From: a virus
Taxonomy: Duplodnaviria > Caudoviricetes
IMG/VR virus record: IMGVR_UViG_3300048854_000058
Location: 1-28,150 of that record
Length of the DNA stretch: 28,150 nucleotides
Direction: 5' to 3' (one strand)
Below the pieces are notes generated by a model, which saw only the letters and a list, made by a program, of their open reading frames with translations, was not told the DNA's origin and ran no database searches. Below, one piece after another: positions 1 to 8,526 of the stretch (position 1 is its first letter; each line of letters opens with the position of its first letter). Position numbers and translations under genes: made by a program.

Positions 1-2
1 AT

Positions 3-434
3 CTCGATGACCTCGACACGGACAGTCTCTCGCAAGAGTTGCTGCCCTACCTCACGGCGTGGATGCGTTTTCGCGCCGAGACGGGATTCGTGCCCGAACT
101 GATCGAACAGCGGTTTCACCATCCGGCGCTCGGCTTCGCCGGGACGCTCGACCGCACCGGTGTCATCGGCGGGCGCCGCGCCGTCGTCGACATCAAGAAG
201 ATGCTGCGCCTCGGTCCGGTGATCGGCGTGCAGCTGGCCGCCTACAAAGAGCTTTGCATCAAGAACGGTGTGCACGTCGAGGACCGCTACGGCCTCGGTC
301 TGCGTGCAGACGGGACGTATCGGCTCGTCCCCTTTAAAGATCCGCACGACTGGCCGGTGTTCCTGTCGCTGCTCACCCTCCGCAACTTCAAGGACAAACA
401 TGGACTCGCAAACCCAATCGGCACCGCTGGTTAA
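3..434 (+). CDS. PD-(D/E)XK-superfamily nuclease-like phage protein, 5'-truncated by the window edge
   Basis: Frame is open from position 3; motifs IEQRF..FAGTLDR..VVDIKK..QLAAY resemble RecB/Cas4-like phage exonucleases. Confidence 0.7.
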   Translation, partial: LDDLDTDSLSQELLPYLTAWMRFRAETGFVPELIEQRFHHPALGFAGTLDRTGVIGGRRAVVDIKKMLRLGPVIGVQLAAYKELCIKNGVHVEDRYGLGLRADGTYRLVPFKDPHDWPVFLSLLTLRNFKDKHGLANPIGTAG

Positions 435-1218
435 TCTGCAGATTAACCAGCCTGAGCAGGTGCTTTTCAAGAAGGCTGCTAACGCGCTGAACCTCGCGAA
501 GGCATACGAGATCGACAGCGCCGACATGCGCGATCTCGCCGCGCAGGAGCTCACGAAGGTCATGGGCCTGAAGAAGGACGTCGACACGAAGCGCAAGAGC
601 ATCACGCAGCCGATCGATGCCGCCAAGAAAGCGGTGATGGATCTGTTCCGCACGCCGACGGAATATCTCGAACAGGCCGAAGTACTGCTCAAGGGCGCGA
701 TCCAACGCTTTGACCGCGCCGAAGAACAGAAGCGTCTCGCCGCGCAGGCCGCGCTCGAGGAAGCGGCGCGGCAGGAACGCGCACGTCTCGCGCAAGAAGC
801 CGCGGCACGCGAAGCCGCGGCGCAAACCGAAGCCGCTGAGATCCAGCGCAAGGCCGACGAAGCGGCGGCCGCCGGCCGCGCCGAAGAAGCCGCGCGTCTC
901 GCATCCGAAGCGTCCAGCCGCGTCGAACAGGGTGCCGCGGAAGTGACGATGCTCCAGCAGACCGCGACGCTCGTCACCGCGCCGATGACGGCCGCGCCGC
1001 GCAAGACCGCCGGCGTGTCGACCCGCATGGTCTGGAAGGCCGAGGTCAGCGACAAGCTCGCGCTGATCCGCTACGTGGCCGAGCACCCGGAATACGTCGA
1101 TCTGCTCGACGCGAACATGCCGGCCGTCAACAAGATCGCGCTGGCGCTGAAAGCGAACTGCCCGCTCGCTGGCGTGCGGGTGTTCGAAGACGCCGTGATC
1201 GCTGCGCGCGCTGCGTAA
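400..1218 (+). CDS. Coiled-coil phage protein of unknown function (272 aa)
   Basis: ATG at 400 with AAGGA RBS upstream; Ala/Glu/Arg-rich helical middle; phage-like codon usage. Confidence 0.8.
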   Translation: MDSQTQSAPLVNLQINQPEQVLFKKAANALNLAKAYEIDSADMRDLAAQELTKVMGLKKDVDTKRKSITQPIDAAKKAVMDLFRTPTEYLEQAEVLLKGAIQRFDRAEEQKRLAAQAALEEAARQERARLAQEAAAREAAAQTEAAEIQRKADEAAAAGRAEEAARLASEASSRVEQGAAEVTMLQQTATLVTAPMTAAPRKTAGVSTRMVWKAEVSDKLALIRYVAEHPEYVDLLDANMPAVNKIALALKANCPLAGVRVFEDAVIAARAA

Positions 1219-1244
1219 TCGCCCCGCCACCACTGGAGCCATTC

Positions 1245-2006
1245 ATGACCGTAATGCTCGAATACGAAAATGTCACCGCAAAGATCACGTCCGTCACGCC
1301 GCTGAGCGAGAAGCACGGCAACAAGCGCGTGCCCGCACAGTCGCTGATCATCAAGGTGACGCTAAAAAACCGCCGTCTCGACTTCTTCGACGGCGATCTG
1401 CGCCATGCGTTCTATCGCGTGCCGGACGGCGAAGAGATCGCGCCGTCGCTCGGCATTGATCCCGATGACCTCGAAGGCCTCACCGAGAAGCGCTTCCCGT
1501 GGATGGCGCAAGACATTGAGGTTGAGCGCGCGCTCACCGGCTACACGCTGGTGATCGATTACGGCCTGGGCGACGAGAAGTCGAACATCGAACTCGAAGC
1601 CAAGAAGATCGACAACTTCAAGATCGGTATCCGCGATCACGGTCTGTTCGAACTCAGCCATCGCTTCATCGTGCATCCGGACACGTTGGAAAAAGGCCGC
1701 ATCGAGGAACTGCTGCAGCAGGAAATCAAGATCCATCTGCGCGCGCCAAAGATTCAGGAGCAAGGCGAGTTGCCGCTGCCGGAGAAGCGCGTGCGCGGCC
1801 GGCCGAAGAAGACGCTCGCCGAGAAGACCGGCGGTGAAGACGATCCCTTCGCCAACACCGACATTCCGCCGCTCGCCACCGAAGACGGCGACAGCGAGAC
1901 GCCGCCGATCGTATCCGACGATGACGACACCGACGCCGGCGAGCAGGCCGCGCGCGACGGTGGCGCATGGCCATTTCCGAGTCCGGACGCTCGGGCCCGC
2001 CACTAA
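1245..2006 (+). CDS. Hypothetical phage protein with RGRP motif and acidic C-terminal tail
   Basis: GGAG RBS, 253-aa ORF collinear with the operon. Confidence 0.8.
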   Translation: MTVMLEYENVTAKITSVTPLSEKHGNKRVPAQSLIIKVTLKNRRLDFFDGDLRHAFYRVPDGEEIAPSLGIDPDDLEGLTEKRFPWMAQDIEVERALTGYTLVIDYGLGDEKSNIELEAKKIDNFKIGIRDHGLFELSHRFIVHPDTLEKGRIEELLQQEIKIHLRAPKIQEQGELPLPEKRVRGRPKKTLAEKTGGEDDPFANTDIPPLATEDGDSETPPIVSDDDDTDAGEQAARDGGAWPFPSPDARARH

Positions 2007-2047
2007 CAGTCCGTTACGGGCACCGCCAATCCCGGCGGGGCGCGTTT

Positions 2048-2079
2048 AGAGGGGCGGCCAGTTCGGCGCCCTGCTTTTT
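2048..2079 (+). terminator. Possible intrinsic terminator or attenuator upstream of the methyltransferase
   Basis: GGGC(G)GCC-AGTTC-GGCGCCC hairpin followed by TGCTTTTT. Confidence 0.35.
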
Positions 2080-2093
2080 CGAATAAGACCAAC

Positions 2094-3851
2094 ATGAAAC
2101 GCGATCCGATATCCCTTCCTTTGAATCTCGGTAACGAGCTGGTCGTCGACAACTTCGCCGGCGGCGGTGGTGCGAGCACAGGCCTTGAGCGAGCGTTCGG
2201 GCGGCCGGTCGATGTCGCGATCAATCACGACCCGGAAGCGATCGCGATGCATGCCGCCAATCATCCGCACACCGCGCACTACTGCGAAAGTGTGTTCGAC
2301 GTCGACCCGGATGAGATCACGGGTAATCAGCCGCTCGCGCTGGTGTGGCTCTCGCCCGACTGCAAGCACTTCAGTAAGGCCAAAGGCGGCAAGCCGGTCT
2401 CGAAGAAGATCCGCGGTCTCGCATGGATCGCGCTGCGCTGGGCCGCGAAGGGCAAGCCGCGCGTGATCATGCTTGAGAACGTCGAAGAATTTCAGACGTG
2501 GGGCCCGCTGGACGCGGACGGCAAGCCGGACGCAAAGAATCGCGGCCGCACGTTCCGCTCGTTCGTCAACGCGCTGCGAGCACAAGGCTATGTGGTCGAG
2601 TGGAAGGAGCTGCGCGCCTGCGACTACGGCGCACCTACGATCCGTAAGCGCCTGTTCCTCGTTGCGCGACGCGACCATCTGCCGATCGTCTGGCCCACGC
2701 CGACGCACGGCGACCCGAAGAGCGCCGCAGTGCGCGCCGGCAAGTTGCTTCCGTGGCGCACGGCCGCCGAGTGCATCGATTGGTCTATTCCGTGCCCGTC
2801 GATCTTCGAGCGCACGCGGCCGCTGAAGGATGCGACGCTGCGGCGCATCGCCAAAGGCATCATGAAGTTCGTGGTGAACAGCAGCGACCCATTTATCGTC
2901 AAGTTTCAAGAGAACAGCACCGGCCAGTCGCTCGACGAGCCGTTGCACACGGTGATGGCTGGCGCGCCCCGCTTCGGTGTTATCGCTCCGACCTTGATGC
3001 ACGTCACGCACCACGGTGCCGACCGCACGGCCGGCGTCGATGCACCTCTCGCGACGGTGACCGGCGCGCACCGCGGAGAGCAGGCGCTGGTGTCTGCCAC
3101 GCTGATCCAGACCGGCTACGGCGAGCGCGCTGGGCAGGCACCGCGCGCACCCGGTCTCGACAAGCCGCTCGGTACCGCAGTGGCCGGCGGCGTCAAGCAT
3201 GCAGTCGTCTCGGCGTTCCTCGCGAAGCATTACGGCGGCGTAGTCGGTACCGGTGTGGACGTGCCGACCGGCACCGTCACGACGACCGATCATCACTCGG
3301 TTGTCACCGCGCAACTCGTCGGCTGCGGCGGCCGCGCAGGCCAATCACGGCCACGCGACGCCGGCGAGCCTTTCGCGACGGTCACCAGCAAAGCCGACAC
3401 GACGGTTGTTACCTCGCACTTGCTCAAGCTGCGGAACAACCAGTTCGGCCAGGATGATCGCGAGCCGATGCCGACGCTCACCGCCGGCGGAGGCCACGTC
3501 GGCGAGGTCCGCGCGTTCCTTATCAAGTACTACGGCAACGACAAAGACGGGCAGAGCCTGCGGATGCCGCTCGGCACCATCCCGACTCATGACCGCTTTG
3601 GCCTGGTGACGATCCACGGCGAAGACTATGTGATCGTCGACATTGGCATGCGCATGTTGTCGCCGCGCGAGTTGGCGCGGGCCCAAGGCTTTCCCGATAG
3701 CTATGTGCTGGATCCGGTCATGAACGGGAAGCCTCTGTCAAAGAGCGCACAAGTCCGGATGATCGGCAACAGTGTCTGTCCGGACGTGGCTACCGCGCTG
3801 ATCGTTGCGAACTTCGCGCACGAAAAGCAGATGGCAGGGGCGGCTGCATAA
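2094..3851 (+). CDS. C5 DNA cytosine methyltransferase (phage type, 585 aa)
   Basis: Motif I DNFAGGGG, catalytic SPDCKHFS, motif VI ENV, motif VIII RKRLF, motifs IX/X RELARAQGFP..IGNSV. Confidence 0.93.
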   Translation: MKRDPISLPLNLGNELVVDNFAGGGGASTGLERAFGRPVDVAINHDPEAIAMHAANHPHTAHYCESVFDVDPDEITGNQPLALVWLSPDCKHFSKAKGGKPVSKKIRGLAWIALRWAAKGKPRVIMLENVEEFQTWGPLDADGKPDAKNRGRTFRSFVNALRAQGYVVEWKELRACDYGAPTIRKRLFLVARRDHLPIVWPTPTHGDPKSAAVRAGKLLPWRTAAECIDWSIPCPSIFERTRPLKDATLRRIAKGIMKFVVNSSDPFIVKFQENSTGQSLDEPLHTVMAGAPRFGVIAPTLMHVTHHGADRTAGVDAPLATVTGAHRGEQALVSATLIQTGYGERAGQAPRAPGLDKPLGTAVAGGVKHAVVSAFLAKHYGGVVGTGVDVPTGTVTTTDHHSVVTAQLVGCGGRAGQSRPRDAGEPFATVTSKADTTVVTSHLLKLRNNQFGQDDREPMPTLTAGGGHVGEVRAFLIKYYGNDKDGQSLRMPLGTIPTHDRFGLVTIHGEDYVIVDIGMRMLSPRELARAQGFPDSYVLDPVMNGKPLSKSAQVRMIGNSVCPDVATALIVANFAHEKQMAGAAA

Positions 3852-3853
3852 CC

Positions 3854-4279
3854 ATGCCGATCAAACCAGAGAACCGCGGTCGATACCCAGCGAACTGGGT
3901 GGATATCCGCGCTCGCATCCTTACGCGGGCAGGCAACTGCTGCGAGCAATGCCGCGTCGCAAATGGCGACGTGATTGTCCGTGGCATCGACAAGGACGCC
4001 GGCACATTTCAGCGCTTCGAAGGCGACGGCGAAGTCTACGCGGCCGACGATGGACGTCTGCTTGGCCACTGCAAGGCATCGGAGTACTGCGGGAATCGCT
4101 GGACGAAGATTGTGCTCACCATCGCACACCTCGACCACGTGCCCGAGCATTGCGACGACGACAACCTGAAGGCGCTTTGCCAGCGCTGTCACCTGGCATA
4201 CGACGCAGAACACCACGCCGAGACAGCGCGCCAGACACGCCGCGCGCGGCTCGCCATCGGCGACCTTTTCGAGATCTGA
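3854..4279 (+). CDS. HNH-endonuclease-like Zn-binding protein
   Basis: CEQC ... LTIAHLDH..(N)LKALCQRCH pattern. Confidence 0.75.
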   Translation: MPIKPENRGRYPANWVDIRARILTRAGNCCEQCRVANGDVIVRGIDKDAGTFQRFEGDGEVYAADDGRLLGHCKASEYCGNRWTKIVLTIAHLDHVPEHCDDDNLKALCQRCHLAYDAEHHAETARQTRRARLAIGDLFEI

Positions 4280-4280
4280 C

Positions 4281-4496
4281 ATGCCCAAATTCGAGGTCTA
4301 TCCCATCAACAACGCAAGCAAGCGTACCGGCGCTTCGGTGTTCGTGAACGCGAGCGACGTAAAGCGCGCCGAGTCTGTCGGCAAGTACTGGCTACGCGTC
4401 GTCGGCCGCCGCGCGCGCCACGTGCGCGCCGAGGTCTACCGTCCGGAGCTCGACTTGAGTATGAGCGGTTACGTGCGCCGCACACCGGAGATCTAA
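4281..4496 (+). CDS. Small hypothetical phage protein (71 aa)
   Basis: Tightly packed between neighbouring ORFs in the operon. Confidence 0.65.
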   Translation: MPKFEVYPINNASKRTGASVFVNASDVKRAESVGKYWLRVVGRRARHVRAEVYRPELDLSMSGYVRRTPEI

Positions 4497-4499
4497 ACC

Positions 4500-4772
4500 A
4501 TGCCCTGCACGCCATTTCGTATGCCCGGCGGCATTTCAGGAATCGTCTGCACACGCGGCCGCAAGCGCGTGCCTCGCTGCTCTGTCGCCGGCTGCAATGC
4601 GTCGAGCGGATTCCAATGCGACCACCGCACGAAATCGGGCAAGACGTGCGATCGCCACCTGTGCGCCGTGCATGCCCACCAGATCGCAGACGACGTTCAT
4701 TTCTGCCCGACGCATCTGGCGGAGTCGAGCGGCGGAAAGCGGCAGAACGAACTTTTCGAGACTCAAGAATGA
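4500..4772 (+). CDS. Cys/His-rich putative Zn-finger protein (90 aa)
   Basis: CSVAGC..CDH..CDRHLCAVH..FCPTH; ATGA overlap with the next gene. Confidence 0.7.
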   Translation: MPCTPFRMPGGISGIVCTRGRKRVPRCSVAGCNASSGFQCDHRTKSGKTCDRHLCAVHAHQIADDVHFCPTHLAESSGGKRQNELFETQE

Positions 4773-5293
4773 CCACCAATCGCCATCAACTCGCCCTCTC
4801 GATCGTCCACCGCGAGGCTGCGCGCACGCTCTCGAAGGCTGACTTCGACCTGTGCATGCGCATCGCGAAGCGGGCTCTCGGATATCTGCCAGACGGATAC
4901 ATGGCAAATATTCGCGACGCAGATAGTTTGACGATGCTCGCGCGAGACGTCACAGGCGATCTGTGGGATGCCTCTATCCGCTGCGATTTCGATGCGTTCA
5001 AGGCCGAGGTGGCCAACGCTCTTGCGCATTCGGCCAACGTGCTGCCGGCGCAGCTGACGCAGCCGCTCCGCGAAGTGCTCGGCCTGATGCTCTGGCAGAC
5101 GACGCCGATCGCACACGCGCTGCGCGCCACAGGACAAACCATCGAACGCAAATGTGAGACCGAGCAGGCCGTCGCGCTGCATTGGCTGCTCGGCTTCGCA
5201 CTCAAGGACGGCGACGACTGGCAGAAGACCGCGGCCGTCGCATTGCGGCAGTTGACCGACGCCGCCAAACAACCGGGGGATTCACAACCATGA
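4769..5293 (+). CDS. Hypothetical phage protein; C-terminus resembles a domain seen in Ead/Ea22-like proteins
   Basis: ATG at 4769 overlaps the previous stop; IAHALR..GQTIERKCETEQAVALHWLL motif (family link from memory). Confidence 0.65.
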   Translation: MTTNRHQLALSIVHREAARTLSKADFDLCMRIAKRALGYLPDGYMANIRDADSLTMLARDVTGDLWDASIRCDFDAFKAEVANALAHSANVLPAQLTQPLREVLGLMLWQTTPIAHALRATGQTIERKCETEQAVALHWLLGFALKDGDDWQKTAAVALRQLTDAAKQPGDSQP

Positions 5294-5493
5294 GCATCAT
5301 CGTCAACAAGCGCAATCTCGGCCAGTCTGTACAAACGCTCATCAAGAAGAGCGATCCGGATATCGGCGATCTGATCAACGTGTGCGAAGCGCTCGGCGCG
5401 GTCATGACCGACATCGTCGGCGCCGAGTGCCGGGTCGCGTTTCGCTGCAGCGCGGACGCACTCGAAAAAGCCATGGCCGGGCGGGAGGCCTGA
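5290..5493 (+). CDS. Small hypothetical protein (67 aa)
   Basis: ATGA overlap at 5290-5293, GGGGGA RBS. Confidence 0.65.
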   Translation: MSIIVNKRNLGQSVQTLIKKSDPDIGDLINVCEALGAVMTDIVGAECRVAFRCSADALEKAMAGREA

Positions 5494-5855
5494 TGCAAAT
5501 GAACCGCCCTCGCCTGAACGACTCCCTCGCACCCGACAACGTGCTCTCACGCATGGTGCCGGGCAAGACCTACGGCGCATACGCGCTCGCGGCCAAGTTC
5601 CACGTGCGGACCGCGAAGATGCGGCCCGTGCTCGAGAAGATGGTCACCGGCGGGATGCTTGAGCTGAGCACGTCGCAGCCGGGCACGCTGGGCTTTCGCC
5701 GCGCGAAGGAGACGGCGCAGCCGATCGAGCAGGAACCCGTGCTTACGACCGTTGCGACGCCTCCGGTGCTTGTGCGGCTCGACGGGACGCTGACAGGCTA
5801 TGACAACGAAATCGCGCGGCGCGTGGCGCTGTGCATGCTGGTGAGGACGAAATGA
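5493..5855 (+). CDS. Hypothetical protein, possible winged-helix DNA-binding fold
   Basis: TGATG overlap, GGAGG RBS; YALAAKFHV..MRPVLEKMVTGGMLE pattern. Confidence 0.65.
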   Translation: MQMNRPRLNDSLAPDNVLSRMVPGKTYGAYALAAKFHVRTAKMRPVLEKMVTGGMLELSTSQPGTLGFRRAKETAQPIEQEPVLTTVATPPVLVRLDGTLTGYDNEIARRVALCMLVRTK

Positions 5856-6247
5856 CCACGCCTATCAAGACGTACGACTGCGAAGGCTGTCACTCCTTCT
5901 GCTACGGCGGCTATCACATGGAAGAAATTGCAGATGGCTACGGCGATTGGGTCCGCAAGGAAGATCACGACTCCGCGATGAGCGCCGCGAACGCGCGCAT
6001 CGCCGAGTTGGAAGCACAACTCGCCGCGCGAAAGCCGGGGCGACCGTCCCGTAAGCAAAAGGCCAACGAGAGCCGCGAGATCGTCGCTGCTCGCTTGCAG
6101 CGCCTCGAGCGCCCGCTCAGCGGCCGATGCGCGGCCGGCAGCGATGGCGAGTGCTCGCATAGCCAGTGTCCGCAGTTGCGCGACGGGGAACCGGCGAAGT
6201 CCGGTCGTCACTGCCCGCTCGACATTCAGGAGGAAGACCTGTCATGA
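5852..6247 (+). CDS. Hypothetical protein with two Cys/His clusters and a short coiled coil
   Basis: GAGGA RBS, ATGA overlaps at both ends; CEGCHSFC and CAAGSDGECSHSQCPQ..HCPLD. Confidence 0.7.
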   Translation: MTTPIKTYDCEGCHSFCYGGYHMEEIADGYGDWVRKEDHDSAMSAANARIAELEAQLAARKPGRPSRKQKANESREIVAARLQRLERPLSGRCAAGSDGECSHSQCPQLRDGEPAKSGRHCPLDIQEEDLS

Positions 6248-7029
6248 AGGAACGCCCGATCCTTTTCAGCCGCGCAATGGTGTGCGCGCTGCTCCGAGAC
6301 ATCGACCCGAAGACGCAGACGCGGCGCGTTGTGAAGCCGCAGTTTGAGCGCGAGCCGGTCGACGTCGTCGACGGCGTGCCGAGCTGGGACGCGCCGACGA
6401 ACTACGACGGCGAAGTGCAGATGAACACGACACGCGGCAAACCGTGTCCCTATGGTGCACCAGGCGACCGTCTGTGGGTGCGCGAGGCATGGCGCGTTGG
6501 CAAGCCGCACGACACCACGCGGCCGCGCGACATCCTGCCGCCGCTGGTCGGGCGCGGTCAAGGCGTGACGGTTCTATACGAAGCAGGCGGTGCGCGCAGT
6601 GTCGGTCCTGCTGGACGCGAAGAACCGGTGTATCCGGACGACGCACCGATGCCCGAATGGGCCGGCAAACTGCGGCCGTCGATGTTCATGCCGCGCGCGT
6701 TTTCGCGCATCACGCTCGAAGTCACGGGCGTGCGCGTTGAGCGGTTGCAGGACATCAGCGAGGACGATGCGCGAGCCGAGGGTGTCGAGTCACCCGACAT
6801 CGAGCGAGACGACCGTGACTGGAGCATCTGTCCGCAGTGCGGGGGCACGCGACTCTACGACTCACTCGGCCCCAACCTCGGTGTGATGCCTGATACCGAC
6901 TGCATGAAGTGCGACACGCACGCAAAGCGGTACGAACATCTTTGGGACAGCCTCAACGCCGCGCGCGGCTATGGCTGGGACGAAAACCCATGGGTGTGGG
7001 TGGTGGAATTCAAACGAGTGAACGCATGA
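6244..7029 (+). CDS. ASCH/PUA-like phage protein
   Basis: MKERPILFS..KTQTRR, PGDRLWVRE, RITLEVTGVRVERLQDISE, NPWVWVVEF; AGGAGG RBS before ATG 6244. Confidence 0.8.
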   Translation: MKERPILFSRAMVCALLRDIDPKTQTRRVVKPQFEREPVDVVDGVPSWDAPTNYDGEVQMNTTRGKPCPYGAPGDRLWVREAWRVGKPHDTTRPRDILPPLVGRGQGVTVLYEAGGARSVGPAGREEPVYPDDAPMPEWAGKLRPSMFMPRAFSRITLEVTGVRVERLQDISEDDARAEGVESPDIERDDRDWSICPQCGGTRLYDSLGPNLGVMPDTDCMKCDTHAKRYEHLWDSLNAARGYGWDENPWVWVVEFKRVNA

Positions 7030-7097
7030 CCGACGCAGCATCCCGAATCATCGAAACGACGCGTCGCGCCTGGAGCGTGGCTGGAGGAAAAACGTAA
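7026..7097 (+). CDS. Possible 23-aa coupling mini-ORF
   Basis: Starts in an ATGA overlap with the ASCH stop and ends in a TAATG overlap with the xis start. Confidence 0.35.
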   Translation: MTDAASRIIETTRRAWSVAGGKT

Positions 7098-7417
7098 TGG
7101 AGCGTGCCCTCACCCTGAAGGAAGCCGCGGCCCTGCTCGGCGTCTCCTACTCCACCGTGTATGCCCACAAGGTAGAAATGGGCTTCTTCCAGATCGGCAA
7201 CCAGTGGCGCATCTGGCCCGAGAAGCTCAAATTGGCCACAGAGTACAATTCCAACCGACCGGCGCGGACGGAACCAAGGAGCAAAAAATGGCAATCCGAA
7301 GGCGCAACGGCTCGGACGTCTGGCACATTGACATCCGCACGCCAGGTGGAGACCGAGTTAGACAGACTACTGGAACGACCAACCGTAAGGAGGCTCAGGA
7401 GTATCACGACAAGCTGA
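7097..7417 (+). CDS. xis: Excisionase-like HTH protein
   Basis: LTLKEAAALLGVSYSTVY..IGNQWRI motif; GGAGG RBS; overlaps the integrase start. Confidence 0.8.
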   Translation: MERALTLKEAAALLGVSYSTVYAHKVEMGFFQIGNQWRIWPEKLKLATEYNSNRPARTEPRSKKWQSEGATARTSGTLTSARQVETELDRLLERPTVRRLRSITTS

Positions 7418-8346
7418 AGCATGAGCTTTGGCGCGTCGAGAAGATGGGCGAGCGGCCGGCGTACACATGGGATCAGGCGGCGATTCGCCTGCTCAAGGAA
7501 AGCGAGCATCTGGCGGATCACGTGAATCGCGTCATCATTTTGCGCCACTTCCGGCAGTTCTTCGCCGGGCGCGAACTTTCATCGATCACCCGCGATGAAA
7601 TCGTCGCGGCGCTGCCGAAGTGGGACCAGCGGTGCAAGACCGAGCAGAAGCCGGTCGCGCGAGCCACACAGAACAAGTACCTCGCGACGATGCGGATCAT
7701 GCTGAAGTTGGCCGCTGAGAAATGGGATTGGATCGACCGGGCACCGAAGCTGGACGATCTGAAACTGGCAAACCGGCGCGTCCGCTGGATCACGAAGAGC
7801 GAAGCTCAGCGTCTGATCGGCGCCATCCGGGCCGACTGGATGCGGGATGTGGCGACCCTCGGCTTTGCCACCGGCCTGCGCCGTGCCAACCTGCTCGGGC
7901 TGGAGTGGTCGCAGGTGGATCTGGTGAACCGTCGGGCGTGGATTCACCCGGATCAGGCCAAGGCGCGCAAGCCGATCGGCGTGCCACTGAACGACGATGC
8001 GGTTGAGACAATCCGCCGGTGGATCGGAAAGCACGAACAGTTTGTATTCGTGCGGAACAGGAAGCCGATACCGGTCAGCAGTTGGTGCAGCGCGCAATGG
8101 GATCGGCAGTGCGCTCGCGCGGGCATTGAGAATTTCCGGTTCCACGACGTGCGTCACACCTGGGCAAGCTGGCACGTTCAGGCAGGCACGCCGCTGAATC
8201 GGCTGATGGAATTGGGGGGCTGGGCAAAGTATGAGCACGTTCTCCGGTATGCCCACCTCGCACCGGACCATCTGGCAGAGCACGCCAACATGGTCACAAT
8301 CTGGGCACAACCGGATGCAGACAACGTGCAAACCCTTGCGGCATAA
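7288..8346 (+). CDS. int: Tyrosine recombinase (phage integrase, 352 aa)
   Basis: AAGGAG RBS before ATG 7288; catalytic TGLRRAN, AKARK, FHDVRH, GGW, RYAH. Confidence 0.95.
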   Translation: MAIRRRNGSDVWHIDIRTPGGDRVRQTTGTTNRKEAQEYHDKLKHELWRVEKMGERPAYTWDQAAIRLLKESEHLADHVNRVIILRHFRQFFAGRELSSITRDEIVAALPKWDQRCKTEQKPVARATQNKYLATMRIMLKLAAEKWDWIDRAPKLDDLKLANRRVRWITKSEAQRLIGAIRADWMRDVATLGFATGLRRANLLGLEWSQVDLVNRRAWIHPDQAKARKPIGVPLNDDAVETIRRWIGKHEQFVFVRNRKPIPVSSWCSAQWDRQCARAGIENFRFHDVRHTWASWHVQAGTPLNRLMELGGWAKYEHVLRYAHLAPDHLAEHANMVTIWAQPDADNVQTLAA

Positions 8347-8526
8347 GGCTCTCGGAAAGCCTTAATTCGCTAGGGACACGACAAGGAAGGATCGGGGTTA
8401 ATGCAGCAAACGGTTGATTTATAACGCAAATGTCTCGCGCCGGTCAGCCTTGAGACAGTGCCAGTTTGTAGCTTTTTCGGCCTTTTCGGATACGTATTGT
8501 ATAGATGTGGGCGCACTTTGGTCACA
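8291..8526. promoter_or_regulatory. Putative attP site
   Basis: Paired direct repeats TGGTCACA/TGGGCACA (8291, 8302) and TGGGCGCA/TGGTCACA (8508, 8519), each pair 11 bp apart; IHF consensus AATCAACCGTTTG on the minus strand (8407-8419); adjacent to the int 3' end. Confidence 0.75.

Noticed and set aside
3-434. Cas4 or CRISPR association
   Set aside because: No Cys cluster and no cas or array context; a generic phage PD-(D/E)XK protein is more likely.
7204-7287. N-terminal extension of the integrase
   Set aside because: ATG 7288 has the RBS and begins the typical arm-binding domain.
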